A stretch of DNA of 64,000 bases, taken from IMG/VR virus record IMGVR_UViG_3300049043_000112, positions 1 through 64,000 of that record; one strand, 5' to 3'. The notes beneath the pieces were generated by a model. It ran no database searches, was not told the DNA's origin, and saw only the letters and a program-made list of their open reading frames with translations. Shown here piece by piece: positions 62,188-64,000 of the stretch. A program made the position numbers and the translations under genes. Positions within the stretch are counted from its first letter, which is position 1; each line of letters starts with the position of its first letter.

Positions 62188-62195
62188 TATTTATA
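62188..62195 (-). promoter_or_regulatory. Late promoter TATAAATA
   Basis: Exact match upstream of gp8. Confidence 0.75.
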
Positions 62196-62200
62196 TCACG

Positions 62201-64000
62201 TTAAAGAATCTTTTTAATTGGTCCAATACTTCTCAATCCATATCCTCTTCTTTGAATTGTTGGAAAGGTTGATAATCCAACATCAACATTATATCCAGAA
62301 ACTGCTATTGAAACTGGAGAAGATGAGCGAGTAAATCCATACATTTTACCCCAAGAGAACTTACCAACCGTTAATCCTGTTGTTGCAATACCCACAACCG
62401 AAGAATTTGATCTAATATTGCAAGTTATAATTCCTAGAGAAGTATTAAATGCACTAATCTGATATACATTATCCAAGAATGTAGTTCCAACACCAACAAT
62501 ACTAGAATCATGATTGACAATTGATGTTACTCCACTTCCTACGCAAGTATTGTAAATGTAAATTGGATATCCAACTGCCCAGTCAGTAAACGGTGCCAAT
62601 GCAGGATTTAAGGTAAACTTAATTGCAAGGTTAGTACCAATTCCAGTTGCAGTTGCAATTCCAATAATATTTCCAAAAGATCCAGCAACTCCAGTGATAT
62701 TTTTGATGTTTTCATAAATTGGATTTGAGAGAGGAACAATAACTTCAGGCACATTTGAAGTAGTATATCCAAATCCTGGATTGATTATTGTAACTGAAGA
62801 AGTGAGAGATCCATTGACGACTGCAATTGTTGCAGTTGCTGTTGTACCCAATCCAACTCCAACAGAAGGTGGTGCAGAAATTTTAACTTCGACAGAAGAC
62901 CCAGTATATCCACCACCAACTTGATTAATTGTTAAAGTTTGAATAGTTCCTGCTACAGAAACGGTTGCCGTAACTGCTGCGGAGACAGGATCTAATGAAC
63001 CAGATACTATTAAACCATCAAAATCAGTTGGTGCATCATAACTAAAGAATTTAATATTGTCTACAAAAATTTGATTAGTTGTTGAAGAAAAATCTGATAT
63101 TATCTTTGCGGTTGGATATATTTGAGATTCTACAGAATCTCTTGCTTTTGATACTGTGTTTCCATCAATAACTTTATCAACTTTTTGTTTTATCCAACTT
63201 AAATTAAGTTGTCTATCAGGTTGTGAATTAATTCCTTGGAAGAAATAATTATTAGTTTGAATTTTATCGGCAGATGGGATATCAAAAATATTTCTAATCT
63301 CCTGAGTGGTTGTAATTCCAAGATAATTATTGTTACTAAATGCTTGTACAGAATCTCCAATTTTAAGAGTTTCTGAAACATTTACTTGAGTACTATCATT
63401 ACCACTTCCTCTGTAGAAGAAGATTGCAATGTTGTCCTCTGTTTTAGGTGGTTGAGTAAAAGTAAACGATGTACCACCATTAAATTGATATGCAACGCCT
63501 GGTTGTTGAAGAACACCATTAATAAAAATAATTAATAGTGTATTAAAGTCAATCAGTTGAGAATCAGGATCAGAATTATTTTTTTCAAAACTTAACAACT
63601 GAGAATTATAATATAGAGGGAATCTAGTTCTAGATCCATTTTGATAAGTCTTTACACTATCAATATAATCCATTTGCCCAAATTGCCAGGCGGAGAAGGA
63701 ATCTGTAAATGTACTAAGAATAGTTAATTGGAATTCTGATACTGGTTGAGAAAGACCATAAGCAGTAACAAGACCAACTGCTCTAACCACGTCTCCAGGT
63801 TTAAATCCATATCCATTTCTTACAACTTTAAATCCAGTAACTTCAAATAATGTAGATCCAATACCAGTAGTTGAACTTGCTCCAACATCTACATTTAATA
63901 GTAAACCTACTCCAGCATCAGTAGTTGAACCAATACTTAGTCTTGAGACACCTGTGATTGGTAAATTACTATAATTTGGTGGTGATATGGTTATAGTTGG
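62201..64000 (-). CDS. Large baseplate wedge-type structural protein (C-terminal part; frame open to the window edge)
   Basis: Reading frame is open from 64000; TRFPLYYN...IFINGVLQQPG..F.FTQPP...IFFYRG; ends FPTIQRRGYGLR. Confidence 0.75.
   Translation of the reverse strand, partial: PTITISPPNYSNLPITGVSRLSIGSTTDAGVGLLLNVDVGASSTTGIGSTLFEVTGFKVVRNGYGFKPGDVVRAVGLVTAYGLSQPVSEFQLTILSTFTDSFSAWQFGQMDYIDSVKTYQNGSRTRFPLYYNSQLLSFEKNNSDPDSQLIDFNTLLIIFINGVLQQPGVAYQFNGGTSFTFTQPPKTEDNIAIFFYRGSGNDSTQVNVSETLKIGDSVQAFSNNNYLGITTTQEIRNIFDIPSADKIQTNNYFFQGINSQPDRQLNLSWIKQKVDKVIDGNTVSKARDSVESQIYPTAKIISDFSSTTNQIFVDNIKFFSYDAPTDFDGLIVSGSLDPVSAAVTATVSVAGTIQTLTINQVGGGYTGSSVEVKISAPPSVGVGLGTTATATIAVVNGSLTSSVTIINPGFGYTTSNVPEVIVPLSNPIYENIKNITGVAGSFGNIIGIATATGIGTNLAIKFTLNPALAPFTDWAVGYPIYIYNTCVGSGVTSIVNHDSSIVGVGTTFLDNVYQISAFNTSLGIITCNIRSNSSVVGIATTGLTVGKFSWGKMYGFTRSSSPVSIAVSGYNVDVGLSTFPTIQRRGYGLRSIGPIKKIL

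Overview
64 kb of a T4-like cyanomyovirus genome (Kyanoviridae-type gene order; hsp20, mazG, cobS-like AAA ATPase, 2OG-Fe(II) oxygenase and cytidyltransferase accessory genes). Essentially everything is coded on the minus strand. Reading from the right end: baseplate (gp8, giant DUF4815-type protein), neck (gp13, gp14), gp15, terminase (gp16, gp17), tail sheath and tube (gp18, gp19), portal, protease, scaffold and capsid (gp20-23), gp3, uvsY, uvsW, gp55, gp47, gp46, clamp and loader (gp45, gp44, gp62), Dam methylase, regA, hsp20, gp43, uvsX, gp41, mazG, two tRNAs, primase, nrdA and nrdB. About 30 genes-internal breaks (1-nt indels and 6 in-frame stops) split essential genes. They cluster on two motifs, CTCA/TGAG and GATCAA/TTGATC, which looks like a modified-base sequencing signature rather than real decay. 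Best leads: (1) four unrelated ORFs start with a T4 capsid-targeting-sequence-like decapeptide (MKxF/YxxFxxE), three of them directly behind their own late promoter, including a hidden RlpA-like transglycosylase and the nucleotidyltransferase, alongside two protease-site-punctuated candidate polyproteins - a possible head-packaged, injected effector set; (2) a ROSE-like RNA thermometer (UCGCU paired with the AGGA Shine-Dalgarno) in the phage hsp20 leader; (3) the motif-specific error signature; (4) an NblA-like gene, an antisense sigma70 promoter and terminator-promoter composites. All family assignments come from motif recognition by eye; no database search was run.
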